Shown: positions 1-9,410 of the stretch, piece after piece
Layout of the letters: each line of letters starts with the position of its first letter
Numbering within the stretch: the first letter of the stretch is position 1
From: a virus
Taxonomy: Duplodnaviria; Caudoviricetes
Length of the DNA: 41,378 bases
Reading direction: 5' to 3' (one strand)
Virus record (IMG/VR): IMGVR_UViG_3300036771_000057
Location: 1-41,378 of that record
Made by a program: the position numbers and the translations under genes
The notes under the pieces: generated by a model
The model's database searches: none
What the model was told of the DNA's origin: nothing
The model's input: only the letters and a program-made list of their open reading frames with translations

Positions 1-2666
1 CTTTCGATGTAGATTTGAACGAAACAACTCGTGGTGCATCTTCATTAATGACACAATATGGAATGACAGGACAAGAAGCCTTAGATGTTATTACGGCTGG
101 TATGCAAGCTGGACTTGATAAATCAGGCGAATTTACCGATAACTTAGCGGAATATACTCCATTATTCAAACAAGCTGGTTTTACTTCTGGCGAAATGCTA
201 TCGATTTTAAAAAATGGTTTGGATGCAGGTGCTTACAATTTAGATTATGTCAATGATTTAGTTAAAGAATTCGGCATTCGTGTTCAAGATGGATCTAAAG
301 GCGTATCTGATGCGATGGGCGAAATGACACAAGGGACGCAAGGATTGTGGAAAGAATTCGAAGCTGGTAAACGTCCCGCTGCTGAAGTGTTCAAAGCGGT
401 CATTACTGAATTAAAAGGAATGGACGATCAGGTTAAAGCCACGCAGATTGGCGTAGGTCTATTTGGCACAAAATTTGAAGATCTCGGAAATCAAGGTGTT
501 TACGGGTTGATAGAAGCGAATGATGAATTAGATAACACAGCTGGAAAGATGGAGAAGTTACAAAAAATTCAAGAAGACACATTCGGTCAAAGAGCACAAT
601 CGCTTTATCGAGAATTACAAAAGGCTTTCGAACCTATGGGTAAAGTGTTCCTTGAATTAGCTGAAACAACATTACCAGTCGTGGCGGACGCTCTTAAATC
701 ACTTGCTGATGCATTTGGTAGTTTATCACCAGAAACTCAAAAAACTATTGGCGTAATAATAGCTATTGTAGGTGCTCTCGGTCCACTGCTCTTAATATTA
801 GGACCAATAATATCCGTCATGGGAACAATAATCGGTGTGATAACCACCGTTGTCGGCTGGATAATGACTGCCGCTAGTGCGATAGGGACAGTTGTAGCTA
901 CGATAGCTGCATTCGTCGGCGCTCCTGTAGCGGCTGTAGTTGCCGCAATAGTGGCGATAATCGCGATTGTAGTTGCTGTAATTGCGATATTCAATAATTG
1001 GGGTGGCATAACCGATTGGTTAAAAGAAAAATGGAGTGAATTCACAACATGGATGTCGGAATTATGGACTAGTATTTCTGAAGGTGCGTCTGAAGGTTGG
1101 GCTAGTTTGATGGAGACGATATCGACTAATTGGGATGCTGTAGTCGAATACTTCAGTACGAAATGGGAAGAGTTCAAAACTTCATGGTCTGATTTTTGGA
1201 CTCAATTTGGTGAGATAGCGAATCAATTGTGGACAGGAATAATTGATTGGTTCTCCACAACTTGGGATTCATTTATTCAAATCTGCTCTGATGCTTGGGA
1301 ATCTGTTAAGGAAGGTTTCTCAATGTTCTGGGAAGGTTTGAAAACAATCGCTCAAACTGCTTGGGATATCCTTTTTGGAATCATAACATTCCCTCTACAA
1401 TTAATTTTAACCGCATTCATCTTAATATGGGAATTGATAAAAGAGCCTGTAAATCAGTTTTGGGAATGGATAAAGCCTTTTATTGTTGATTCTTGGAATG
1501 CAATATCTTCTACATTCACTGAATATAAAGATATTTTGTTCAATATTATAAGTGAAGCCTGGACATCCATTACTGATTTTACATCTTCTGTTTGGGATGG
1601 GATAAAAAATATACTAGGTCAGGCGTGGCAATGGATAAAAGATACAGTTGAATCTTTCATCGGCCCTATTAGAGATACTATTAAAAATAATTGGGATACG
1701 ATATCGAGCGTAACGTCAGAAGTATGGAACAAAGTATCTACGTATATTGGTGATAAATGGAACGAAATTTCTAGTAAAACAAGCGAAAAAGTATCAGATG
1801 TGAAACAAAGGGTAACTGACGGATGGAATTCCACGAAAGAAGCTACTTCTCAAAAGTGGGATGAGATAAAAACTAAAGTCGGTGATGCTTGGGATCGCAT
1901 TTCTTCCACAACGAGCAGTAAAGCTAGTGATGTGAAAAACAAAGTCCAAAACAACTGGGATACGATTAGTTCTGTTACTGGCCAAGTATGGGACAAGGTG
2001 AAAAATAAAGTCGGCGATAAATGGGATGAAATGAAAACTAAGACATCTAGCGCGTTAGATTCTATCAAAAGTTACGTAAACGATAACTGGGGTACTATTT
2101 CTGACACGTTAACTTCTGTATCTAAACCGATTGGGGATGCGATTAACTATTTCAAAGATTTATACAACGGTGTCGCTAAATGGCTTGACAAAGTTGTTGG
2201 AAAAGTAAAAGATGCATGGAATTCAGCTGGAGATATGTTAGGAAAATTAAACCCATTTAGCTCATTCAGCATAAGTGTGGATGACAATACCGAAAGACCG
2301 TCGTTAGCACCTCGTAGTTTCGCCGCTCCTACTTTAGCATCACCAATGGCACCGATGATGGCATTTGCGCCTACGACGTTTGCTAGTGGCGGTATTTTAG
2401 GTGATGCAATGTCAAAAGTAAACGGTATTCTAAGTGGTGGCGGAATGCTTTCGGGTCTACCTAGTTTAGCTGGAAACGCACTTGCTGGTAAGGCTGGAAT
2501 GAATGTTATTAATCATCAACCACAAGAAATTAAAAACGAAGTTACTTTCCACACGACTGTTAAAAATGAAAGTGATTTAAATAGAATGTTCGAAAAGGCT
2601 GATGATTGGTTCGCCAAGAAAGGTCAGTCTTTAAATATCGGTATAGGGAGGGCGCAACGTGGTTGA
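1..2666 (+). CDS. Tape measure protein, C-terminal part (continues from 39340 across the circular junction; about 1256 aa total)
   Basis: Hydrophobic TM stretch followed by Trp-periodic 11/22-aa repeats; lies before Dit. In frame with the GTG at 39340 via the 127-bp overlap (offset 40444). Confidence 0.95.
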   Translation, partial: FDVDLNETTRGASSLMTQYGMTGQEALDVITAGMQAGLDKSGEFTDNLAEYTPLFKQAGFTSGEMLSILKNGLDAGAYNLDYVNDLVKEFGIRVQDGSKGVSDAMGEMTQGTQGLWKEFEAGKRPAAEVFKAVITELKGMDDQVKATQIGVGLFGTKFEDLGNQGVYGLIEANDELDNTAGKMEKLQKIQEDTFGQRAQSLYRELQKAFEPMGKVFLELAETTLPVVADALKSLADAFGSLSPETQKTIGVIIAIVGALGPLLLILGPIISVMGTIIGVITTVVGWIMTAASAIGTVVATIAAFVGAPVAAVVAAIVAIIAIVVAVIAIFNNWGGITDWLKEKWSEFTTWMSELWTSISEGASEGWASLMETISTNWDAVVEYFSTKWEEFKTSWSDFWTQFGEIANQLWTGIIDWFSTTWDSFIQICSDAWESVKEGFSMFWEGLKTIAQTAWDILFGIITFPLQLILTAFILIWELIKEPVNQFWEWIKPFIVDSWNAISSTFTEYKDILFNIISEAWTSITDFTSSVWDGIKNILGQAWQWIKDTVESFIGPIRDTIKNNWDTISSVTSEVWNKVSTYIGDKWNEISSKTSEKVSDVKQRVTDGWNSTKEATSQKWDEIKTKVGDAWDRISSTTSSKASDVKNKVQNNWDTISSVTGQVWDKVKNKVGDKWDEMKTKTSSALDSIKSYVNDNWGTISDTLTSVSKPIGDAINYFKDLYNGVAKWLDKVVGKVKDAWNSAGDMLGKLNPFSSFSISVDDNTERPSLAPRSFAAPTLASPMAPMMAFAPTTFASGGILGDAMSKVNGILSGGGMLSGLPSLAGNALAGKAGMNVINHQPQEIKNEVTFHTTVKNESDLNRMFEKADDWFAKKGQSLNIGIGRAQRG

Positions 2667-3345
2667 CATTCGAATAAACGAAATGTTAGGGCGTGACTAC
2701 TATCTTTGTATGGTAGAGCGTCCTGATATACCAACAGCAAAAGAGAAAATTGAATTTATTGAAGTACCGGGTAGAGAGAACGGATCATTAACTAAAAAGA
2801 ATGGCTATGAGGACGTTACGTTTAAGGTGAATTTTAACCTATTAGAAGATGAAAATATTAAACCATTATTAAGACGTATAAAAGCATGGTTGATGAGAGC
2901 TAAGATACTTTCATTTACTGATGATAATGTATATAGAAAGATAAAAAGTGTGGAGATAGGAGATATCAATAATGAAATTGAAGAATACGGTCAATTTGAA
3001 GTTACTTTTATTTCCGATCCATATGAATATGCGATAGAGCAACCTCTAGAGTTTAACGCCGCAATAACAATTATTAATTACGGAACTTTACATTCGTTAC
3101 CTAAATTCACTATTTACGGTAGCGGTACTATAACAATCCAGATAAACGGGAAGTCATTCCAATTGAAAGATGTTAGTAATTCAATCGTCGTTGATTCTGA
3201 TTTAAAGGAATGTTATTCAGGTACAACTCCAATGAATAACAAAATGGTAGGTGATTACCCCACTTTCAAGGAAGGAGAAAACGCAATATCGTGGACAGGA
3301 ACGGTTACTAAGATAGAACTTGAAACAAGGTGGCGTTATCTATGA
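2659..3345 (+). CDS. Distal tail protein (Dit)
   Basis: 228 aa, EVPGRENGSL motif, C-terminal GENAISWTG...RWRYL; lies between TMP and Tal. Confidence 0.9.
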   Translation: MVDIRINEMLGRDYYLCMVERPDIPTAKEKIEFIEVPGRENGSLTKKNGYEDVTFKVNFNLLEDENIKPLLRRIKAWLMRAKILSFTDDNVYRKIKSVEIGDINNEIEEYGQFEVTFISDPYEYAIEQPLEFNAAITIINYGTLHSLPKFTIYGSGTITIQINGKSFQLKDVSNSIVVDSDLKECYSGTTPMNNKMVGDYPTFKEGENAISWTGTVTKIELETRWRYL

Positions 3346-5945
3346 TTAAATTATACAAACCAAACGAAACAGATTTTACCCACAACGGTATTGGTATTCT
3401 AGATGATAATATTTACGAACCTGTTATAGAGGAAACTTTAAACGGCGTTTATGTATTTTCATTCAAATATCCGTTATTCGCTCCACACGGTCTAGAAATA
3501 GATGGACAATATTTAATCAAAGCGCCAACTCCTGATGGGGATCAATTATTCCGTGTGGCAAACCCTGCTCCTTCAAATGGGGAATTACACGCATTTTGTT
3601 ATCATATTTTCTACGACTTAGTAGATAATTTTATTGAAGATACGAATATCGTTAATAAAACAGGATTAGGAGCGCTCGATCAAGTCAAAGGCGCTCTGCA
3701 ATATCCTACTAGATTCGATTTTTATAGTGATGTTTCTAAGTTAGCAAATGCACGTTTGGTTAGAAAAAACCCTGTAGAATTTTTATTAGATGGTGGACAA
3801 GATAATTCATTTTTAAGTCGTTGGGGTGGAGAGTTATTACGTGATAACTTCAACGTTAGAATGTTAAATAGCCGTGGCCGTGATCGTGGTGTTGTAATCC
3901 AACACAAAAAAGATTTATTAGGATATGAAGCGGATGTGGATTGGCAATCAGTTATTACAAAGATAATGCCACAAGGCGCGGATGAACTTCTATTACCTGA
4001 AAAATATGTAACTAGTACATTGGTTAATAAATATGTCAATCCTAAAATCAGAAAGATTGATTTTCCGGACGTTAAAGCAAAAACAGGTGATAATGCTAAC
4101 GATGAAGAAGCGCTTCCGCTTCCAGACGCATTAAACAAATTACGTGCTGAAGCGTTAGCTATGTTTAACGAACAACATGTGGACCAACCGCTGGCGACTT
4201 ATAAAATTAAATTTCAAGAATTATCCCAAACAGAAGAATACAAAGATTTAGCTGTATTACAACGTGTTTATATGGGAGACACAGTAACTGTACAGCATTT
4301 AGAAGAAGGAATCGACGTCAAGGCTAAAGTCGTATCTTATAAATATGATCCCTTGAACGATGAATATACTGATATTACATTAGGAAACTATAAAGAGTCA
4401 TTTACTGATGTGGCTAACAAAGTAGATAGAATACAAGATAATTTAGATGGTTTAGAAACAAGTTTCTTAGAAAAAGCTAAGGATCGTGCCACTGATCTAA
4501 TCAACAGTGGTTTCGGCGGTCATGTTCGTATTCATCCAGAAAGAATTTTAATCATGGATACTAACGACGAAAGAACAGCACGTAAAGTGTGGCAATGGAA
4601 TCTTAATGGATTAGGATTCTCTAGAACTGGAATTAATGGACCGTATGGAGTGGCAATAACAAATGATGGGTCAATCGTCGCCGATTTCATTACAACAGGT
4701 AAGTTGAGCTCAGGTATGGTGCAGGTTGGGTTTAATGAATATGGGAATAACATTAAGATGCTTCCTGATGGATTACAGTCACAAGTTGATGGTATTAAAA
4801 GAATGGAATTGAACAATTTAGGGCAATTAATCGTATACGATGATAGCGCGGGTAGAATTGGTATGTTAGGTTATCAGTTTAAAAACAACAATTCTATGAA
4901 AGGCGTAACGATGAATATAGAGCCTAATAGATTTTTAAGTTTAGCGATAAAGAATGGCGATTCTTTTATACCTTTTCTAGAAGTCGTTGACAATTATATT
5001 TATGGTTTGTTAGGAGTTCACATCTGGAAAGATTTATTATTGAATGGTAATAAAGCTGTTTTTAACGCTAGTAGCGAAGGTAGAGCGCGCAATTATATTC
5101 AAGAATTATCATATCCTGACGGTTTGAAAAGATTAGCATTAATTTCAGATCAAGGTATTGATTTTGCACGATTGAATGGAGACGCTAAAATTACCGTATC
5201 GGGCATTAGGGACGATTACTCTTATTCTAATGGTAGATTTTACGCTAACGGCGGCATAGGTTTAGATGGTTCGGCAACTAACATTGTGAATAATGGTGTT
5301 TTTAAAACAGCTGGTTCTTCATTAGCGGTAAGCAGCGCAACGAAAACAATGTTATGTTATGCGGTTAACGGAAGTTTTTATGAAGTGTTTACTGTTACGT
5401 ATAAGAATAATTTAGATGCATACGGCGAATTAAACATGCATAATTGGGCAATCGTTAATACAACTATAAACAGATCTTTAGTTAATAACAATATAGATCA
5501 ACCGATGTCTTTCGCTAGATCGTTAGCAAAAGTTAATGCAACTAAGAATATGTCTAGTGTAATGAGTTCTTCCGAAACCTTTACCCACATTGGAGAAGAT
5601 GAAACTACGGATGGACAAGTTAAGATTGATCTCCCTATTTTCTTTCAAAACGAAACTGATAATTACCATGTCTTTATTACTAAGCATGGTCGTGGCGACA
5701 TTTGGGTTTCCGAACGTAACGCAAAATATTTCATTGTGGAAAGCGATAACGATATTTCATTTTCTTATGAAATCAAGATTGTAAAAGAAGAAGAACTATC
5801 CATACGACCTATGTTAGCTAGATCGTTAAACAAAAGATCAAGTATATTCGACATGGAAAGAACAGTTGCAGAAGAAGTAAGTGTGGAGAGTAATCCTGTG
5901 ATTAATGACGAAAACGTAAGTGAGGTGATGGGAAATGAAAACTAA
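3342..5945 (+). CDS. Tail-associated protein Tal / tail endopeptidase-like spike
   Basis: N-terminal IKLYKPNETDFTHNGIG typical of Firmicute phage Tal; DGSIVADFITTGKL motif; ATG at 3342 overlaps the Dit stop. Confidence 0.85.
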   Translation: MIKLYKPNETDFTHNGIGILDDNIYEPVIEETLNGVYVFSFKYPLFAPHGLEIDGQYLIKAPTPDGDQLFRVANPAPSNGELHAFCYHIFYDLVDNFIEDTNIVNKTGLGALDQVKGALQYPTRFDFYSDVSKLANARLVRKNPVEFLLDGGQDNSFLSRWGGELLRDNFNVRMLNSRGRDRGVVIQHKKDLLGYEADVDWQSVITKIMPQGADELLLPEKYVTSTLVNKYVNPKIRKIDFPDVKAKTGDNANDEEALPLPDALNKLRAEALAMFNEQHVDQPLATYKIKFQELSQTEEYKDLAVLQRVYMGDTVTVQHLEEGIDVKAKVVSYKYDPLNDEYTDITLGNYKESFTDVANKVDRIQDNLDGLETSFLEKAKDRATDLINSGFGGHVRIHPERILIMDTNDERTARKVWQWNLNGLGFSRTGINGPYGVAITNDGSIVADFITTGKLSSGMVQVGFNEYGNNIKMLPDGLQSQVDGIKRMELNNLGQLIVYDDSAGRIGMLGYQFKNNNSMKGVTMNIEPNRFLSLAIKNGDSFIPFLEVVDNYIYGLLGVHIWKDLLLNGNKAVFNASSEGRARNYIQELSYPDGLKRLALISDQGIDFARLNGDAKITVSGIRDDYSYSNGRFYANGGIGLDGSATNIVNNGVFKTAGSSLAVSSATKTMLCYAVNGSFYEVFTVTYKNNLDAYGELNMHNWAIVNTTINRSLVNNNIDQPMSFARSLAKVNATKNMSSVMSSSETFTHIGEDETTDGQVKIDLPIFFQNETDNYHVFITKHGRGDIWVSERNAKYFIVESDNDISFSYEIKIVKEEELSIRPMLARSLNKRSSIFDMERTVAEEVSVESNPVINDENVSEVMGNEN

Positions 5946-7995
5946 ATTAATTCTAGACGTTAATAAAACACAACACGCTCAACTCAATTCCATTGTCACT
6001 GGTCGCGTTGGTGATAAAATAAGTAATGTTGTAGATGTCTATGTAATAGACGGTGGAAGTCCATATAATTTAACAGGATCAAAAGTATTTTTTGAATGTG
6101 TAAAGCCAGATAATACAGTTGTTCGTGATGATAGTGGCGTAAAAATGATTGACGCCGCAAAAGGACACTTTGAATATACATTCCCCACTGAAACGTTTGG
6201 AGCAATCGGTAAGGCAAAACAAGCGTTTATGTCGATTGAAAAAGATACAACAATAAGAGCAACAACACAAGATTTTGTATTAATCACATTACCGGACGCG
6301 ACGACAAATCGCATTCCATCTGAATCTTATTTTTCTGATTTAGAAAAATTAATTCAAGAATTAAATGAAATGGCATTAGAAGAAATAAATAGCAAAGCTG
6401 CCGCAGAAGCATCAGCAGCGAAAGATTTCGCAAATCAAGCTAATGAATTATCTAATAGTGTTCAAAATCAATTGAATACAATAGTTATAAAAGGTGATTC
6501 TTCTGTTGAAGCAGCACAAGCAAGGATAGATGAAGAAAGAAGGAAATTCGATACACTGAAAGATCGCTTAGATTATAAAGACCGTGAAATAAATAAAATA
6601 AGCGCTACAAACGCACAGTTCCGATTAACTTTATTAAGCGCTTACGATGACATTGATGCTTACCATCCGAAAGTCATTAATTTCGGTTCAAGGTGGAATG
6701 GTTATTATTATTGGATGGCATTTACGCCATATCCTGGAGGAAACCAAGCGAAAGAGAATCCTCATGTGCTCGCATCAAATGATATGATTACTTGGGTTGA
6801 ACCGGCAGGATATAAAAATCCATTAGAACCACAACCGCCAGGAACACCAGATAAACAGTATCAGAGCGATACTCATATTGTCTACAACCCGAATTTCAAC
6901 AGAATAGAAGTGTATTGGAGATATGTAGATGATTCACTTGGAACTGTTACTATTTATAGAAAAACCTCTACTAATGGCGTAAACTGGTCGGAAAAGGAAA
7001 TAGCGTTGCAAGATGACAGAAATAAACAAGACTATTTAAGTCCGGCTATTATTTTTGAAGATAATAAGTACAAAATGTGGGCTGTAGGTAACGGATATAA
7101 AGTGATTTACGCAGAAAGTGCTTTAGGAACAAATTGGGGAACCTTTAGAGAAATCAACATACCATTTGAAAGTCCAATGAATCCATGGCATTTAGATGTT
7201 ATTCATACAGATCAAGGGTATGAAATGGCTGTTGTTGCTTTTAAAGATGGACAAGATAGAAATACTATGAGTTTGTTCCATTCGAAATCAAATGACAATG
7301 TGAATTACTCTACTGCTAAAGAAATTTTGAGTCCATCAAATCAAGAATTTACGTGGGACAACCGTGGCATATATCGATCTAGTATCACAAAAATAGATGG
7401 AATTTATTATATCTATTATTCAGGAGTTAATAAGAATTGGGAGCGCGGAACTGGACTTACTTTCGGTGAACATGTAGAACATCTAAAAGGGCTAGATAGA
7501 CATGATTTATATATTCAATCAAACGTAAAAGCAGTAAATATGGTTTACGAAGCATTCTTACGAAATTACGGGCTCCAAATTTCTGCGCCACAATCAAACG
7601 GGTCATTGTGGAAAGCTTGTTTAAAATTTAGTTCTGCCAGCGAAGTGAAATTTGTTGATGATTTCTCAACTAATACACTAATTAGTTTAGCTGTTGAAGC
7701 GATTCGGACAAATAACGGATTAAAATTCATTGGTAAATCAGCTTATTATAATTCGAATGAATTTAAATTATACGAACCAGGAAAAGCAAGTATGGTTGGA
7801 CTTGGAGAAGCTGATTTCTTTAGACCTAAATTAGTAGGTAACCCAACGAAAGCAGGAGGAATGGAAGTGTCAGCAGTTATATTTGAGGATGCTGGTCGAT
7901 GGGCAGGAGTTGAACGTGAAGGTGCTATCCGATATGACGCAGTCCAAAAAAAGCATCTTGGATATGATGGGACAAAATGGAATCCTCTATATTAG
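5935..7995 (+). CDS. BppU-type baseplate / receptor-binding protein with glycosidase-like beta-propeller
   Basis: BppU-like N-terminus (GSPYNLTGSKVFFECVKPD), coiled coil, then repeated Asp-box-like motifs SNDMITW, STNGVNW, SALGTNW, SNDNVNY. Confidence 0.8.
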   Translation: MKTKLILDVNKTQHAQLNSIVTGRVGDKISNVVDVYVIDGGSPYNLTGSKVFFECVKPDNTVVRDDSGVKMIDAAKGHFEYTFPTETFGAIGKAKQAFMSIEKDTTIRATTQDFVLITLPDATTNRIPSESYFSDLEKLIQELNEMALEEINSKAAAEASAAKDFANQANELSNSVQNQLNTIVIKGDSSVEAAQARIDEERRKFDTLKDRLDYKDREINKISATNAQFRLTLLSAYDDIDAYHPKVINFGSRWNGYYYWMAFTPYPGGNQAKENPHVLASNDMITWVEPAGYKNPLEPQPPGTPDKQYQSDTHIVYNPNFNRIEVYWRYVDDSLGTVTIYRKTSTNGVNWSEKEIALQDDRNKQDYLSPAIIFEDNKYKMWAVGNGYKVIYAESALGTNWGTFREINIPFESPMNPWHLDVIHTDQGYEMAVVAFKDGQDRNTMSLFHSKSNDNVNYSTAKEILSPSNQEFTWDNRGIYRSSITKIDGIYYIYYSGVNKNWERGTGLTFGEHVEHLKGLDRHDLYIQSNVKAVNMVYEAFLRNYGLQISAPQSNGSLWKACLKFSSASEVKFVDDFSTNTLISLAVEAIRTNNGLKFIGKSAYYNSNEFKLYEPGKASMVGLGEADFFRPKLVGNPTKAGGMEVSAVIFEDAGRWAGVEREGAIRYDAVQKKHLGYDGTKWNPLY

Positions 7996-8029
7996 TAGAT
8001 GAATGTAAAAAATATATAGTTTTTATAAC

Positions 8030-8062
8030 AAAAGAGGGGCACATAATGTGTTCCTCTTTTTA
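8030..8062 (+). terminator. Rho-independent terminator
   Basis: aaaagaggggcaca-taa-tgtgttcctcttttt hairpin with T-tract. Confidence 0.7.
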
Positions 8063-8083
8063 ATTTGAAAAGGAGGAAAGAAT

Positions 8084-8509
8084 GTGGATCGTATCGATGT
8101 ATTATTAAAAGCTTTTATTGTCAGTTTTGGAGGGTTCTGTGGGTACTTTTTAGGAGGGTGGGATATGACATTGCAAGTTCTAATCACAATGGCAATTATC
8201 GATTACGCTACAGGAATGATTGCTGCAACTATACTTGGAGAATTAAAAAGTAAAATCGGCTTTAAAGGCATCGCTAAAAAAGTGGTGCTTTTTTTATTAG
8301 TTGGAGTAGCTACTCAAGTAGATGTTGCACTTGGCAGTAATAGCGCTATCCGCGAAGCGACCATTTTCTTCTTCATGGGTAATGAATTGTTATCAATCTT
8401 AGAGAATGCCGGAAGAATGGGAGTCCCTTTGCCTTCAGCTTTAACAAATGCAGTAGAAATTTTGGGTGGCAAACAAAAACAAGTAGAGAAAAAAGGAGAT
8501 GTTGAGTAA
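8084..8509 (+). CDS. Holin (phage holin 4 / toxin secretion-lysis family)
   Basis: GGWD...DYATG...GFKGIAKK...NELLSILENAG motifs; directly precedes the lysin. Confidence 0.93.
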   Translation: MDRIDVLLKAFIVSFGGFCGYFLGGWDMTLQVLITMAIIDYATGMIAATILGELKSKIGFKGIAKKVVLFLLVGVATQVDVALGSNSAIREATIFFFMGNELLSILENAGRMGVPLPSALTNAVEILGGKQKQVEKKGDVE

Positions 8510-9276
8510 TGGGTAAATTCGCTGGTTCAGGTGGTCATAACAGAATTGTGCCAGGTGCAAATAGTCAATTTGGAATCGAGCATGTGGAAGATAGAAAATT
8601 CTTAGATGCCGTTGCTAATTATGTACAATTAGCAGGGTGGGAATATGCTAACTGTTCTGATGAAGTGGGCACGACGAAATATGACGTTTGGAATAATGCG
8701 GCCAATAATCATTTGCGTGTTAAAGATAGTACTGTAGATTGTCAGTTTCATTTAAACGCTACTATAGGAGGTACAGGGTGCGAAGTATGGTTGCATCCTA
8801 AGTATGGTGATAGAGAATTAGCAGCTAAAATTTCAAAGGCAATGGCTGACGCTTTTGGACTACGTGATAGAGGAATCAAATTCTCTACTGAGTTAGGGTG
8901 GATTAATAAAACGAAGACAGGATTACTTCCTGAAATTTGCTTTATCGATAACGAAGTGGATATGCAAAAATACCGCGCTAACTTTGATAAAGCGGCTAAA
9001 GCAGTAGCTGAAGTTATTGTTGGTAAATCTATTCAAAATGGAGGTGGCAACGTGAATAATGGTGGATATCAGTATGTTAAATCTGGCGGCTTTGGCATTT
9101 CATTGGTCCAGGAAGTCGTAAACGCTATGAATGAGCGTGGAACTAAAGGGAAAGTTGTTTCTGATCCATTAACTGGCCTAGCGTACTTACAAACTGAAGT
9201 ATTGCCGAACGGTGAACTTGATAAGATTACAGCTTGGATGGATGAAAGAAAATGGTGGTACGAGTATCTTAAATAA
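8509..9276 (+). CDS. Endolysin: N-acetylmuramoyl-L-alanine amidase (Amidase_3) with PlyL/PlyG-type C-terminal cell-wall binding domain
   Basis: GGH..E..QFHLNA..LPEICFIDN Zn-amidase motifs; C-terminal SGGF...ELDKITAWMDERKWWYE. Confidence 0.92.
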   Translation: MGKFAGSGGHNRIVPGANSQFGIEHVEDRKFLDAVANYVQLAGWEYANCSDEVGTTKYDVWNNAANNHLRVKDSTVDCQFHLNATIGGTGCEVWLHPKYGDRELAAKISKAMADAFGLRDRGIKFSTELGWINKTKTGLLPEICFIDNEVDMQKYRANFDKAAKAVAEVIVGKSIQNGGGNVNNGGYQYVKSGGFGISLVQEVVNAMNERGTKGKVVSDPLTGLAYLQTEVLPNGELDKITAWMDERKWWYEYLK

Positions 9277-9329
9277 ATGGGAAAACATACTACGCAACAG
9301 CAAATGAATCCTATGTATATGTGAAGTAA
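9276..9329 (+). pseudogene. Remnant C-terminus of a different (SH3-type) endolysin: NGKTYYATANESYVYVK*
   Basis: Startless frame just after the lysin stop. It resembles the GKTYY-TANE-YVYVK ending I recall from other B. cereus phage amidases. Confidence 0.65.
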
Positions 9330-9331
9330 GA

Positions 9332-9369
9332 ATAAAAGGGCGTCTTTTATGAAGATGCTCTTTTTATTT
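9332..9369 (+). terminator. Terminator after the lysis cassette
   Basis: aataaaaagggcgtctt/aagatgctctttttatt hairpin. Confidence 0.75.
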
Positions 9370-9410
9370 CTCTTAAAAAAACTAAAAATTAAAAATAAGG
9401 TGGGAAAAAT

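Noticed and set aside
1-127. Biological terminal direct repeat or att core
   Set aside because: It lies mid-gene, equals a typical assembler k-mer length, and the phage has cos/HNH-type packaging signals elsewhere.
737-2068. Antisense ORFs within the TMP (also those within Tal, primase, terminase, portal and 39648-41116)
   Set aside because: Shadow frames of strong sense genes with no RBS or recognisable motifs.
5935-7995. Diversity-generating retroelement target in the RBP
   Set aside because: No reverse transcriptase and no TR/VR pair seen; the TMP duplicate differences are not adenine-specific.
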